Below the pieces are notes generated by a model. That model was given only the letters and a program-made list of their open reading frames with translations, ran no database searches and was not told the origin of the DNA. This document shows positions 13,136 to 27,129 of a stretch of 45,395 nt of DNA, piece by piece; within the stretch, counting starts at the first letter, position 1, and each line of letters opens with the position of its first letter. This DNA comes from Deinococcus sp. (lineage in GTDB: Bacteria; Deinococcota; Deinococci; Deinococcales; Deinococcaceae). The stretch is taken from the NCBI RefSeq assembly GCF_031359855.1, contig NZ_JANMAR010000165.1:1-45395 (forward strand), read 5' to 3'. Made by a program: the position numbers and the translations under genes.

Positions 13136-13843
13136 ATGACCACCGCCACGCCCACCCCGGATCAGACCCTCACCTTCCCTTCGGGCGGCCGATCCCTGAA
13201 CGCGGAGGTGTTCCGTCCGGGCACCGTCCAGGGAAACGCTCCCGGCGTGCTGGTCATCCACGAGGCGTTCGGTCTGAACGACGACATCCGGGCCATCGCC
13301 GGCCGCTTCGCCCGCGCGGGGTACGTGGCCCTGGCCGTCGATCTGTTCAGCGGCAAGAGCGCCGCCGTGTGCATGGCCCGCCTGATGGGCGGCATCTTCC
13401 TGAACTCGCTGGAGCACCAGGGCGTGCAGGACACCCGCGAGGCGCTGAAGGTGCTGGGCACCCTGGATGGCGTGGACGCCACTCGCCTGGGCGCGGTCGG
13501 CTTCTGCCTGGGCGGCAGCCTGGCCGTGGCCATGGCCTGCACCGACGATCAGGTCAGGGCCGTGGCCCCGTACTACGGTTTCAATCCGCGCCCCGCCGAG
13601 GCCCTGCGCCGCGCGTGCCCGGTGGTCGGCAGCTTTCCCGAACAGGACTTCACGAAAAAGCAGGGCGAGAAGATGCGGGACGGCCTGAGCGCCGCCGGCA
13701 TCCCAAACGACAACAAGATCGATCCCGGCGCGAAACACTCGTTCGCCAACGCCGGCCCGAACTTCGACGCGGTCGCCAGCGAGGACGCGTGGAACCGCGT
13801 CATGACCTTCTTCGATACGCACGTGGTCGGAACCAGCCGTTAG
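13136..13843 (+). CDS. Dienelactone hydrolase family protein
   Basis: HEAFGLN, nucleophile elbow GFCLGG, GAKHSF, EDAWNRVMTFF. TACCCT-5nt-ATG. Confidence 0.92.
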   Translation: MTTATPTPDQTLTFPSGGRSLNAEVFRPGTVQGNAPGVLVIHEAFGLNDDIRAIAGRFARAGYVALAVDLFSGKSAAVCMARLMGGIFLNSLEHQGVQDTREALKVLGTLDGVDATRLGAVGFCLGGSLAVAMACTDDQVRAVAPYYGFNPRPAEALRRACPVVGSFPEQDFTKKQGEKMRDGLSAAGIPNDNKIDPGAKHSFANAGPNFDAVASEDAWNRVMTFFDTHVVGTSR

Positions 13844-14145
13844 TCCACGGCGATTCCCCGGAGTTTCTCCACCCTCTGCGCGAGTTCCGGCAATTCCAGT
13901 GCGCGCAGAGACTTGACCGCTCGGGCCATGCCGGCGTCGTCCACACGGCCCTGGTTCCAGCCGGCGATCAGCATCGCGCAGCCCTGAAGGCCGTCCGTCA
14001 CCGTTTCCTTGTGGAACATGGCAGCCAGAGTGCCCGGCTGGGCGGGTTTCGTCTGCTGAAGCTGGGCCTGCACGTCCAGCACGACCTGCATGAACACCGG
14101 ATCGAGCCGGGCGCGGTCGTCTGGGGAGATGGATGTACCCGTCAT
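13840..14145 (-). CDS. Hypothetical protein (101 aa, helical)
   Basis: Plausible codon usage. TACACT-6nt-ATG leaderless start. Confidence 0.75.
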   Translation of the reverse strand: MTGTSISPDDRARLDPVFMQVVLDVQAQLQQTKPAQPGTLAAMFHKETVTDGLQGCAMLIAGWNQGRVDDAGMARAVKSLRALELPELAQRVEKLRGIAVD

Positions 14146-14176
14146 GGAGTGAGTGTAGGCGCTGTGGGCAGAACCG

Positions 14177-14245
14177 TCACAGCGGGAGCCGGATCAGTTG
14201 AAGGGGGTGCTGTTGATCCTTTAATGTCCTGGAATACCGCTGTCA
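14177..14245 (+). repeat. Internally deleted copy (69 bp) of the 143-bp interspersed repeat
   Basis: Shares the left end (ACAGCGGGAGCC.GATCA) and right part (TGAAGGGGGTGCTGTTGA...GGAATACC.CTGTCA) with the copies at 32013 and 34855. Confidence 0.85.
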
Positions 14246-14479
14246 GTCCTTCGCGGTCAGGTCGTCATTCAGGGTGCGCCCATTGGTGTCGTCGTCGGCG
14301 TCGTCCATCTCGCGGTTGGGGTTGCCGTGCTCAATACCGATGTCAGGGTTGCCAGGGCTGTCCTGCACGACGCCACGATCCAGGTAGTCGGCGGGAATCT
14401 CGCGCAGGCTCTCGGCGTCGCTGTGGTTCTCCTGGGGCTGGTCGTGGGTTTCGTCGCTGCGGTGTCCGGTGCCGGTCAT
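14243..14479 (-). CDS. Small acidic, probably disordered protein (78 aa)
   Basis: MTGTGHRSDETHDQPQENHSDAESLREIPADYLDRGVVQDSPGNPDIG...; D/E/N-rich, good codon usage. CAGCAT-7nt-ATG (alternative ATG at 14488). Confidence 0.7.
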   Translation of the reverse strand: MTGTGHRSDETHDQPQENHSDAESLREIPADYLDRGVVQDSPGNPDIGIEHGNPNREMDDADDDTNGRTLNDDLTAKD

Positions 14480-14584
14480 GGCGTTCATGCTGCGTTCCGG
14501 GCGCGCGGCGCGGGTGTGCACGGCGTCAAGGGGACTTGAGACAGTGGCCGGCCGGCGCGGCCCGCTACACTCGGGGCCACACCT

Positions 14585-18310
<3,726 letters not shown>

Positions 18311-18364
18311 ACGGCTACGGTATGGGCTGACCGCAACCATCCACCCCACCGACAGGAGTGCCCC

Positions 18365-18652
18365 ATGCAAGCGATCGAGAACCAAACCTTCACCAAGCAG
18401 CGCATCGAGATCGACGACACGCAGTTCACGAACTGCACCTTCGACGGGTGCATCCTGATCTATAGCGGCACTGGCGGCACCGCCCTGAACGGCTGCCACC
18501 TGAACGACACCGGCTTCGCGTTCGAGGGCAGCGCCGCCAAGACCCTGGAACTGCTGACTGCCATGTACCAGGGCGGCTTCCGCGAGCTGGTCGAGGCGAC
18601 CATCGCCGGTATCCGGGGCGAGCAGCCCGCACCTGCCGCGCCGCAGGCCTGA
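18365..18652 (+). CDS. Hypothetical protein (95 aa, short beta-solenoid-like N-terminus)
   Basis: AGGAG RBS, strong codon bias, FTNCTFDGC-type repeats. Confidence 0.8.
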   Translation: MQAIENQTFTKQRIEIDDTQFTNCTFDGCILIYSGTGGTALNGCHLNDTGFAFEGSAAKTLELLTAMYQGGFRELVEATIAGIRGEQPAPAAPQA

Positions 18653-18674
18653 CCCAGATCAATATCGCTGACCT

Positions 18675-18700
18675 GAGGGGGCCGTGCAGGCCCCCTCGTT
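18675..18700 (+). terminator. Intrinsic terminator-like hairpin
   Basis: GAGGGGGCC-gtgca-GGCCCCCTC perfect 9-bp stem, with a weak T tract. Confidence 0.7.
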
Positions 18701-18849
18701 CTATGTCTCCGCCAGGACGGCCAATGCCGCCGAGGTTGCCGCGCCGTCCTCCACCGACGTCCATCTTCGCACGCTCAGGGAGACGCACGAACGCCACCAG
18801 TCGGGCCGGAACTGGAACCACAGAAGGACGCGCCGCTCGTCCTGAACGG

Positions 18850-19060
18850 ACGCCTTCCTAGGTGTGCTGAACGCGCGACGCGCGCTGAAACCCGGCGGGC
18901 GCTGCCTGACCGTCACGAACACGAAGGGGGCGAGGGCGAAGCAGTCGCAGCTGACCTTTGAGGCGACCGTGACCGAATCCTCCCCCGTCGGGACTCACCC
19001 GGATCCGTGACGCGTTCGCCGAGGGGACGGCGGCACGGATGGTGGCGCCGGAGGTACTGC
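18850..19060 (+). pseudogene. Possible decayed class I SAM methyltransferase fragment
   Basis: Translates ...NARRALKPGGRCLTVTNT..., resembling the LKPGG motif. No start codon or intact ORF. Confidence 0.4.
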
Positions 19061-19185
19061 GGCTGAGCGGCCGGCGGGGGCGCACAGCTTCAGCAAAGCG
19101 GCAAGGTAAGCCAGGCTGCCGGCCGGCATTGACAAGGCGCGAGCCGCTCACCGTCACCGCAGAAAATGCCCTGAGGTGAAGTTGC

Positions 19186-19914
19186 TCAGTCCACGACCCC
19201 GACCACGCCGTCCCGCACCTGCAGGTGGTGGTCGGCGAGGGCGGCGATATCGCGGTCATGCGTGATCAGCACGACGGTTCTTCCCTGCCGCGCGGCCTCC
19301 TGAAGTTGCGAGAGCACCATCTCGCCGGTCTTGGAATCCAGGTTGCCGGTGGGCTCGTCGCACAGCAGCAGGGCGGGGTTGCCGGCGAGGGCGCGGGCGA
19401 TGGCGACGCGCTGGGCCTCGCCGCCGGACAGCTGGCTGGGCAGGTGCCCGGCGCGTTTTTCCAGGCCAACCAGGGCGAGCAGGGCACGGGCGCGTTCGGT
19501 GCGTTCGCGGATCGGCAGACCAGCCAGCGTGAGGGGGAATTCGACGTTCTCGATGGCGGTGAGAATACTCACGAGGTTGTGGTTCTGGAATACGAACCCG
19601 TAGTGCTTGAGGCGGAAGTCGGCCCGCTGCGTTTCGGTGAGGCCCCCGAGGGTGGTGCCGCCGACCTGCACGGTGCCGGTGGTGGGAGTGTCGAAGCCCG
19701 CGAGGAGGTTCAACAGGGTGCTCTTGCCGCTGCCGCTGGGGCCGACGACGGCGGTCAGGCCGGGAGGGAAGGTGTGTGTGAGAGGAGCGAGGGCCTGCAC
19801 CTGTCCGTCGCCGCTTGGGTAGATGCGCGACAGGTTCTCGACGTGCAGGGTGGGCAGCGTGGTAGGGGCGGGTGTGGTGGGGGCGGGCGCGGTGCTGGAG
19901 GTGGCACTTGTCAT
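19186..19914 (-). CDS. ABC transporter ATP-binding protein (LolD/MacB type)
   Basis: [41 protein letters not shown]. Confidence 0.95.
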   Translation of the reverse strand: MTSATSSTAPAPTTPAPTTLPTLHVENLSRIYPSGDGQVQALAPLTHTFPPGLTAVVGPSGSGKSTLLNLLAGFDTPTTGTVQVGGTTLGGLTETQRADFRLKHYGFVFQNHNLVSILTAIENVEFPLTLAGLPIRERTERARALLALVGLEKRAGHLPSQLSGGEAQRVAIARALAGNPALLLCDEPTGNLDSKTGEMVLSQLQEAARQGRTVVLITHDRDIAALADHHLQVRDGVVGVVD

Positions 19915-21074
19915 CAGACCCTCCCGAGGGCGTCGGTGATGTTCAGGCGGCTGGCGGCGCGGGCGGGGAGCAGGCCGGAGAGCAGGCCGAGCAGGAGACT
20001 GATCCCCAGCGCGAGCAGCGTGAGGCGGGGGGTGAGCGCGGCGGCGTCGATCCCGGCGAGTCGCTGCGTGTAGACATTCACGACCCAGATGCCGAGCAGG
20101 CCCAGCAGCAGGCCGCCGACCCCACCGACCAGGGAGAGGAGCAGGCTCTCGGTGAGGACGAGCGCGCGCACGAACGCGGGCCGGGCGCCGATGGCACGCA
20201 GCGTGCCGAACTCGCGGATGCGTTCGTAGACGCCCATCATGACGGTGTTGGCCACCGCGAGGCCGCCCACGATCAGGGCGATCAGGGAGATACCGAAGCG
20301 CACGGCGTCGCTGATCTTCAGGGCGCGGTCGAGGAAACTGAGGAAGTCAGACTGCGTGGCGGCCTCCAGATCAAGTTTCTTGGCGAGGGCGGTGGCGACG
20401 GCGCGGGCCTGCCGGGGATCGTCGAGCTTCACGGCGACCAGCGAGACGCGGCCCTCGGCCGCCTCGCTCCGTTGCAGGGTGCCCAGCGGCAGGAAGATGA
20501 AATTATCGACCAGCCCGGATTCGGGGGCCAGTATGCCCTCGACCTTCACGCGGTTGCGGCGGTTGAGGTTGAGGGTGCTGCCGAGTTTCAGGTGCAGGTT
20601 CTGCGCGGCCTTCGCGCCGGCCACGGCGACCCCCTGGCCTTCATCAGCGGGTTGCAGCGCCCGACCCTGGATGACGGTGGTGCCGGGAAACACCGCCTGG
20701 ATACCCTGTGCGGCGGGCAGGCCGTACAGCACGACGCTCTGCGTGACGTCCAGGCCGCCCCGGACGGCCATGATCACGGGCGTGACCGACTGGATGCCGA
20801 GTTCCTCGGAGAGCGCGCTGATGTCCTGTACGGCCTTGGCAGGCATGTTGGGGTGCATCGCCAGGCCCTGCGACAGCGGCGTGAGGCTTACCTGGATGTC
20901 CGGGCCGATCCCGCCAAGCTGCTGCGTGAACACCTTGCGGATGCCCTCGCCCAAACTGAGGAAGATCACCATGCTGGCCACCGCCACCGTGATGCCCAGC
21001 GCGGTCAGGAGGGTGCGGACGCGGCGGCGGGTCAGGCCACGCCACGCGAGTCGCCACAGGTCGGTCATGGTCAC
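19914..21074 (-). CDS. ABC transporter permease (MacB/FtsX type)
   Basis: RTLLTALGI, periplasmic domain, [36 protein letters not shown]-5nt-GTG. Confidence 0.93.
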   Translation of the reverse strand: MTMTDLWRLAWRGLTRRRVRTLLTALGITVAVASMVIFLSLGEGIRKVFTQQLGGIGPDIQVSLTPLSQGLAMHPNMPAKAVQDISALSEELGIQSVTPVIMAVRGGLDVTQSVVLYGLPAAQGIQAVFPGTTVIQGRALQPADEGQGVAVAGAKAAQNLHLKLGSTLNLNRRNRVKVEGILAPESGLVDNFIFLPLGTLQRSEAAEGRVSLVAVKLDDPRQARAVATALAKKLDLEAATQSDFLSFLDRALKISDAVRFGISLIALIVGGLAVANTVMMGVYERIREFGTLRAIGARPAFVRALVLTESLLLSLVGGVGGLLLGLLGIWVVNVYTQRLAGIDAAALTPRLTLLALGISLLLGLLSGLLPARAASRLNITDALGRV

Positions 21075-21288
21075 GCCCTAACGTACGCCAGCAGGGCCGG
21101 GACACATGTGCGCGAACAGTGACACTCCGGCCGCGCCGCCTATGGGGTGGGCCGGACTGTCGATGCCCCCGCACCCCTGAATCGTGGTCGCGGCGATTTG
21201 GTCAAGGATGTTGCCGTGAGCCGATCCCATTGCGATGTTCCAGAAAAGCACCAAGAACCCTCCAGTACCGCAGGGTACTTGGAGTTCG

Positions 21289-22482
21289 TCACTTCCTGCG
21301 GTGCCCAGGGCGCGGCGCGAAGGACACGAAGGGCGGGGGCGGTGTGCCCGGCATGCACAGCCACGTATACAGGGCCTGCACCATCTCGCTCACCTGTGAC
21401 CAGCGGTACGTCCGTGCGACGGCGGCGTGCCCCCGCTCGCCCATTGCGGCCAGTTCCTCGTCGTCGAGCGCCAGAAAAGCGGCCAGCGCCTGCTCACGCT
21501 CGGCCACAGACAGGCCGCTGCGCAGTCCGGCGCGCTCTGTGTCGATCTCCTCGATGGGCGTGGCGACCGTGGTCAGCACGGCCCGGCGCCGCGCCATGGC
21601 CTTGAGCACGGCCAGGGGCATGCCCTCGATCAGGGAGGGCAGCACGAACCCGTCGCAGTCGTCGTAGGCGTCCAGGGTGTCGTGGTCGTACAGGGGTTCC
21701 GAGAAGAAGATCAGGTCGCCCAGACCGTGGCGCTGCACGAGCGCGTCCAGGTGCGCGCGGAAGGCCGGCGTGCCCGGCCCGGCCACCACCAGCACCCACG
21801 ACGCCCGGAAGTCGGGCTGGCCAGCCAGCTGGGAGATCAGGCCATCGATGCCCTTGACCGGGTGAACGCGGGACATGAACAGCAGCACCTTACGGCCCTC
21901 CGGCAGGCCCAGGCGGGCGCGCAGGTGGCCGGGTCGCGCGGGCCGGTCGAGCACGTCGTCGTCCACGCCATTGGGAATCACCGCGATGGGCGTGCGGATG
22001 CCACGGGCGCGCACGTCGGCGAGTTCCCTGGGGCTCAGGGCGTGGATTGCGGCGGCGCGGCGCAGCACCCAGCGCTCGTACACGGCCCAGGCCACAGCCT
22101 TGCGAAAACTGCCGTTGCCCGACAGGCCGGGATCCAGGGCGCTGTGCGGGGTGTACACGATCCGGGCTCCCGAGTAACTGAGCAGGATCGACAGGATGCT
22201 GTGGGCCGTCCAGCTGCTGTGCTGGTGAACGATGTCGTAGCCACGCAAGCGGGAGTCGCTGAGGAAGCGGGGGTGAAAGCCAAAGCGGGCCAGACGGTGA
22301 GGGGGCAGGCGGTGCAGCTGGATGCCAGCGGCCTCCTCCAGCGGGAAGGTGGCCTCGGGGCGATCCTGCAATACGATCCCGACCGGCATTCTGCGGGCCT
22401 GGGCGCGGCTGAGCGCCCGCACCGCCTCACCCACACCGGAAGCGCTCCGGCCCAGCGTGTAGACGTTGTGCAGGACTTTCAC
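21289..22482 (-). CDS. Glycosyltransferase family 4 (GT-B fold), possibly inactivated
   Basis: VKVLH...SGVGEAV, DIVHQH, YTPH, VIPNGVD, LFMSRVHPVKGID, FVLPSLIEGMPLAVLKA. Start uncertain (GTG 22482 or 22488). Confidence 0.88.
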   Translation of the reverse strand: MKVLHNVYTLGRSASGVGEAVRALSRAQARRMPVGIVLQDRPEATFPLEEAAGIQLHRLPPHRLARFGFHPRFLSDSRLRGYDIVHQHSSWTAHSILSILLSYSGARIVYTPHSALDPGLSGNGSFRKAVAWAVYERWVLRRAAAIHALSPRELADVRARGIRTPIAVIPNGVDDDVLDRPARPGHLRARLGLPEGRKVLLFMSRVHPVKGIDGLISQLAGQPDFRASWVLVVAGPGTPAFRAHLDALVQRHGLGDLIFFSEPLYDHDTLDAYDDCDGFVLPSLIEGMPLAVLKAMARRRAVLTTVATPIEEIDTERAGLRSGLSVAEREQALAAFLALDDEELAAMGERGHAAVARTYRWSQVSEMVQALYTWLCMPGTPPPPFVSFAPRPGHRRK

Positions 22483-23066
22483 CCTCACCGCGCCGCGTAT
22501 GGGGAGAGGAGTGGGCGGACATTGACAGCGGTCACGAATGGCACGGCAGCCCCCAGTTGATACCCATACGAACGAATGATCGTGGGCGGCGATGACGATG
22601 ATCCTGGCATGGAGTGGAAGTGGTTCCGTCAAGGGAGCTGGCACTGATCAATTGGCGTTGCGAGTAGATGCTCCCGCCGTTCAGTGAATGCGACTGACAG
22701 AAATCAAAGAAGTGTCCCCACATCGATGGGGAAATCGGCAGGCTTCTCTGATCCGACCTGACGGTTTAGGCGTTCCCTCAGTCCTGCTTCCCCAAAGAGT
22801 GGAGGACACCAGATGGTGAACGGGGAAGTTGGAGACCCATCCGGCGCTGTAGGTGATGCCAGGGAACCCGGCGGAACCCAGCTCACTTGATATCAAAAAG
22901 CGCTCAGCACAGTCGCGCAGAAGCGGTATCGTGGCCGGGAACGTCCATGCTACGCTTGTTCGCCCCGAATGACCTGTGGCTGGCCCACCATGCCGTGAGA
23001 ACGCCCGGTGGTAGGGGAACTGCTCCAGGCCGTCTGGCGCTCATCTCGGGCGGATAGCGTGGGCAC

Positions 23067-24341
23067 ATGACGGGTCGACTTCTCGCCACTCTCGGTCTAC
23101 TGACCGCCGCCCCAGTGGCGGCCCAGACGCTGATTCCTCTCGATTCCCGCCCGGCCACACGCGTGCTGCCCGCCCTGATCGCGGAGTTGGACGGCGGCAC
23201 GCCGCAGGTGCCCCCGGCGGCCCTGCTGGGGGACGCGAAACGCGGCGCTGATCCGCTGGCGCTGGGCGCGTGGCTGGAGGGACAACCGGCCACCGGCCCG
23301 CTGGTCGTGGCGCTGGACGCCTTCGCGTACGGCGGGCTGGTGCAGTCCCGCACGAGTCCGCTCACGACCCCGGAGGCGCTGACCCGCCTGGAGCTGATCC
23401 GGGCGTGGCATGCGCGCACCGGGCGACCGGTGTACGCGTTCATCACGTTGCCGCGCGAGCCGGACGCGACGGATCGGGCGCGGAACCTGGAGGTCGTGAA
23501 GGCCATGGTCGCGTGGGCCCGTGAGGGCGTGTTCGCGCAACTGGACGTGACGTGGGACGACGCCCTCAGGGGCAGTCCCGCCCCGGCGGAGGGCGCGGCG
23601 CTGGCAAGGGACGCCCCGGCGAACGTCCGCGTGTATCCGGGCGCGGACGAGGTGCTCAGCATGCTCGCCGCCCGCGCCCTCTCGCCGCAGGAGCGCACCG
23701 TGCGCGTCGAGTACAGCGATCCGAAGGCCGCACCAGGAATCATGAAGTACGAGGGCATTCCCCTCACCCAGAGTGCCGTGAACCACGCGCTCGGCAGCGG
23801 CTTCACGGTGGTGGAGTCCGGCCCCGCCGACCTGACGCTGTACGTGTTCAATGGAGGCGAGGCCCGCCGCGCGGCCGTGCGGATCAGCACGCTGCTGCAC
23901 GCGGGGCCGGTGGCGGTGGCCGATGTGGCGCAGGTGAACGTGGGGAACCCGCAATTGTGGGCGGATCTGAGCACCCTGCGCCAGACCGCGAACCTGCGAT
24001 CCCTGGCGGCGTGGGGCACGCCGGGCAATAACCTGGGCAGCGCCCTGGCCCACGCGAAGCTCGCGCTGGACGCCACGAGCGCCGTGCGGCAGGATGCCCT
24101 ACTGGCCCGCGAGTACGCGAACGACGTCATCTACTCCACGCAGGTGCGCGCCCTGCTCCGCAAGCAGCTGCCCGAGTCGGCGCTGGCTGGGCAGGACGCG
24201 CAGGCACAGCTGCTCACGCTGGCGAAGGAATTCTTCCCGCTGCGGGTCGGGAACGAGTACACCCTGAAAGACGCCTTCCTGCCGTGGGGCCGCTCGTTCG
24301 AGTGGGATTTCGACCTGACGTCAGATCCGGCTGCGCCCTGA
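23067..24341 (+). CDS. DUF4127-like secreted protein
   Basis: Signal peptide, [36 protein letters not shown]. Family recognised from memory. TAGCGT-6nt-ATG. Confidence 0.75.
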   Translation: MTGRLLATLGLLTAAPVAAQTLIPLDSRPATRVLPALIAELDGGTPQVPPAALLGDAKRGADPLALGAWLEGQPATGPLVVALDAFAYGGLVQSRTSPLTTPEALTRLELIRAWHARTGRPVYAFITLPREPDATDRARNLEVVKAMVAWAREGVFAQLDVTWDDALRGSPAPAEGAALARDAPANVRVYPGADEVLSMLAARALSPQERTVRVEYSDPKAAPGIMKYEGIPLTQSAVNHALGSGFTVVESGPADLTLYVFNGGEARRAAVRISTLLHAGPVAVADVAQVNVGNPQLWADLSTLRQTANLRSLAAWGTPGNNLGSALAHAKLALDATSAVRQDALLAREYANDVIYSTQVRALLRKQLPESALAGQDAQAQLLTLAKEFFPLRVGNEYTLKDAFLPWGRSFEWDFDLTSDPAAP

Positions 24342-24360
24342 AAAGAGTGACCACGGAGCG

Positions 24361-25239
24361 TCACTCCACGGCGGGGCGCGGCTCGCGTGGGCCCACGCTC
24401 AGGGCCAGGGCCGCGCCGATCACCAGGGCCGCGCCCAGCAGGGCCAGCGGGGCCAGGTGCTCGCCGTACAGTGCGGCGGCAAATCCGGCCGCGACGACGG
24501 GTTCCAGGCTGGCGATCACGCTGGCACGCGTGGCATTCAGGTGCCGCAGGCCCGCGCTGTAGGCGAGGTACGCGAGGTACGTGCTGAAAAACGACAGGGT
24601 CAGCAGACTGCCCCACGCAGGCGCGGTCTTGTGCGAGAAGTGCACCAGCGGCAACAGGCCGAGCGCCCCGACCAGCAGGGCCACGGCCAGCAGGGCGCTC
24701 GGCTCGAAGCGGTGGAAGAAGGCCTTGCCATACACGTAATACAGCGAGTACGTGAACCCAGCCGCCAGCCCGAAGCCCAGCGCGGCCGGACTGACGGTCA
24801 CGCCCTGCCCGCCCCCGAAGCTGATCAGGGCGATGCCCAGCAGCGTGCCGGCCACGGCCGCCAGTTCCCGCAGGCCCAGGCGCTCGCGCCACACGGCCCA
24901 GCCCATCAGCGCGACGAAGGCGGGCGCGGTGTACAGCAGCACCGAGGCGAGGCTCGCGCCGCCCGCCCTTACGGCCAGCTGGTACGTGCCGTAGAACACG
25001 CTCACGCCCGCCAGCCCGAAGGCGCACGTGATCCACAGGTCACGCCCGCGCGGCAACGGAGCGCGGATCATGCCCGCGTGCAGGGCGTACAGGCCACCAG
25101 CCAGCGTGGCCCGCCAGAACGCGACCTCCAGCGGGGACACGCCCGCCGCCTGCGCCTGCTTGCCCAGGATCCCCAGCAGCCCCCACAGGAAGGCCGCCGT
25201 GAGGATCAGCAGCGGTGCACGGCGGGCGGCAGCGGCCAT
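24361..25239 (-). CDS. DMT/EamA family transporter
   Basis: About 10 TM helices, [29 protein letters not shown]. Confidence 0.92.
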   Translation of the reverse strand: MAAAARRAPLLILTAAFLWGLLGILGKQAQAAGVSPLEVAFWRATLAGGLYALHAGMIRAPLPRGRDLWITCAFGLAGVSVFYGTYQLAVRAGGASLASVLLYTAPAFVALMGWAVWRERLGLRELAAVAGTLLGIALISFGGGQGVTVSPAALGFGLAAGFTYSLYYVYGKAFFHRFEPSALLAVALLVGALGLLPLVHFSHKTAPAWGSLLTLSFFSTYLAYLAYSAGLRHLNATRASVIASLEPVVAAGFAAALYGEHLAPLALLGAALVIGAALALSVGPREPRPAVE

Positions 25240-25253
25240 CACGACACTCCCGG

Positions 25254-25994
25254 TCAACGGTCGCGTCTCCACACGGCAATCGTGGCCCCCAGCGTGACCA
25301 GCAGGCCCAGGAGGCCCATGCCGGCCAGGATCAGCGTGGCCGTGTTCCGCGTCTCGCCCAGCGGGGCCACGGTGTGGTCGGTGTACGCGCCGTTGTCGCC
25401 CGCTGGGGCGAGCACGTCCACCGGCACGGGTGAGTCGGCGCGGCCCGCCTGAAGGACGGTGGAACCGGCTGCCTGCGTGGGCCGCAGCACGCCATCGGGC
25501 GAGAGCGGGGTGTATACGGCATTCGTCACCCAGTACGCGTAATCGCCGGTGGGTATGGCCGCGTCGATGACCACACTGGTGCCCGAAACCCTCACTGTGG
25601 GCGCGGCCAGAGTGTGTAGGCCACTGCCGTCCTCGGCCACGGCCTCCAGGGTGCTGCCGAGCCCGGTCACGCGCAGGTGGTATTGCCAGCCCCCTGGGCC
25701 GCGCACGCGCAGGCCGGTGTCGGCCAGGGCCATCTGCCCGCCGAAGCCAGTCTTCACGAAGATGTCCGTGACGCCGGCCGAGTACCCACCGGGGGCATTC
25801 CACGGGTTGCCCATCTGGCCGAAGGTGACCGTGAACTGCATACCCCTGCCCTGCGGCTGCGCGCTGAATGACCGCAGATCCACGGCGTCCTGGGTGATCG
25901 CAGGGCGGGTCGGCAGGAGGTACCCGCCGTCGCCACGGGCGTCCCCGGCCGGATCCGGAATGGTCAGCAGCGCAGCGGTGAGCAGGGACAGCAC
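25254..25994 (-). CDS. Glucodextranase DOMON-like domain protein with C-terminal membrane anchor
   Basis: [16 protein letters not shown]...DLRSF...[10 protein letters not shown]; C-terminal TM helix followed by RRDR. TATACT-7nt-GTG. Confidence 0.75.
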   Translation of the reverse strand: MLSLLTAALLTIPDPAGDARGDGGYLLPTRPAITQDAVDLRSFSAQPQGRGMQFTVTFGQMGNPWNAPGGYSAGVTDIFVKTGFGGQMALADTGLRVRGPGGWQYHLRVTGLGSTLEAVAEDGSGLHTLAAPTVRVSGTSVVIDAAIPTGDYAYWVTNAVYTPLSPDGVLRPTQAAGSTVLQAGRADSPVPVDVLAPAGDNGAYTDHTVAPLGETRNTATLILAGMGLLGLLVTLGATIAVWRRDR

Positions 25995-26037
25995 GCGCGC
26001 CAGTATAGGCGGGGTGTGGACTGGTGGAGCGGCCCGC

Positions 26038-27129
26038 CTACAGCCGCACGAGGTCGTCGCGGTGCACGGCTTCCGGGCCGTACGTGAAGCCCAGCACGTC
26101 CTCGATCTCGCGCGAGTGCCGCCCGGCAATGCGGGTCAGATCCGCCGCCGCGTAGCGGGTCAGGCCACGGGCGATCTCCTGCCCATCCGGCGCGACCAGT
26201 CGGATGGTATGGCCGCGCCCGAAACTTCCCTCTACGGCACGGATCCCGGCGGGAAGCAGGCTGCCGCCGCGTTCACGCACGGCGCGGGCCGCTCCATCGT
26301 CGAGCACGACCCGCCCGGCGGCGATCTCGGCCAGGATCCAGCGTTTGCGCGCTTCCAGCCGCGACCCGGCCGCCACGAAGCGCGTGCCCAGCGCCTCGCC
26401 GCCCACGATGCGCTCCAGGGCGTCCGGCGCGTCACCGGGCGCGATCACGACCGGGGTGCCGGCGCGGGTGGCAATTTCTGCCGCCTGGATCTTGGTGTGC
26501 ATGCCGCCCGTGCCCCGGTGCGAGCCCACGCCGCCCGCCAGCGCCCAGATCTCCGGCGTGACGCGCTGCACGACCGGGATCAGCGTCGCGTGCGGATCGG
26601 TGCGCGGATCGGCGGTGTACAGGCCGGGCGCATCGGTCAGGATGACCAGCAGGTCGGCCTCCACGAGGTTCGCCACGAAGGCCGACAGGGTGTCGTTGTC
26701 GCCGACCTTCAGCTGTTCCAGGGCCACGGCGTCGTTCTCGTTGATGACCGGCAGTACCCCGCGCGCCAGGCACGCGTCCAGGGTGGTGCGGGCGTTCAGG
26801 TAGCGGGTACGGTCGCGGAAATCATCGGCGATCAGCAGCACCTGGGCCACGGTCAGGCCGTACAGGTCAGCCAGTTGCGCGTATTGGTGCATCAGGCGGC
26901 TCTGCCCCACGGCGGCCAGCAGCTGCTTCTCGGCCACCGTGCGGTCGCGAGGGGGAAAGCCCAGTGCCTCCCACCCGGCGATCACCGCGCCGCTGGTGAC
27001 CAGCACCGCCTCGTGTCCGGCCGCGCGGATCGCCGCGAGGCCGCGCACCAGATCCACCATCCGGGGCCGGTGCAGACGGTCTGTACCGGCCGTGAGGACG
27101 CTGGTACCGAGTTTCAGGACGACCCGCAT
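26038..27129 (-). CDS. proB: Glutamate 5-kinase
   Basis: MRVVLKLGTSVLT, VTSGAV, AAVGQ, INENDAV, GDNDTL, GTGGMHTKI, C-terminal PUA domain. Own -10 TATGCT upstream. Confidence 0.96.
   Translation of the reverse strand: MRVVLKLGTSVLTAGTDRLHRPRMVDLVRGLAAIRAAGHEAVLVTSGAVIAGWEALGFPPRDRTVAEKQLLAAVGQSRLMHQYAQLADLYGLTVAQVLLIADDFRDRTRYLNARTTLDACLARGVLPVINENDAVALEQLKVGDNDTLSAFVANLVEADLLVILTDAPGLYTADPRTDPHATLIPVVQRVTPEIWALAGGVGSHRGTGGMHTKIQAAEIATRAGTPVVIAPGDAPDALERIVGGEALGTRFVAAGSRLEARKRWILAEIAAGRVVLDDGAARAVRERGGSLLPAGIRAVEGSFGRGHTIRLVAPDGQEIARGLTRYAAADLTRIAGRHSREIEDVLGFTYGPEAVHRDDLVRL

Noticed and set aside
14526-14539. TCAAG-N4-CTTGA palindrome upstream of pulA
   Set aside because: Short, single occurrence, no cognate regulator nearby; could be chance.
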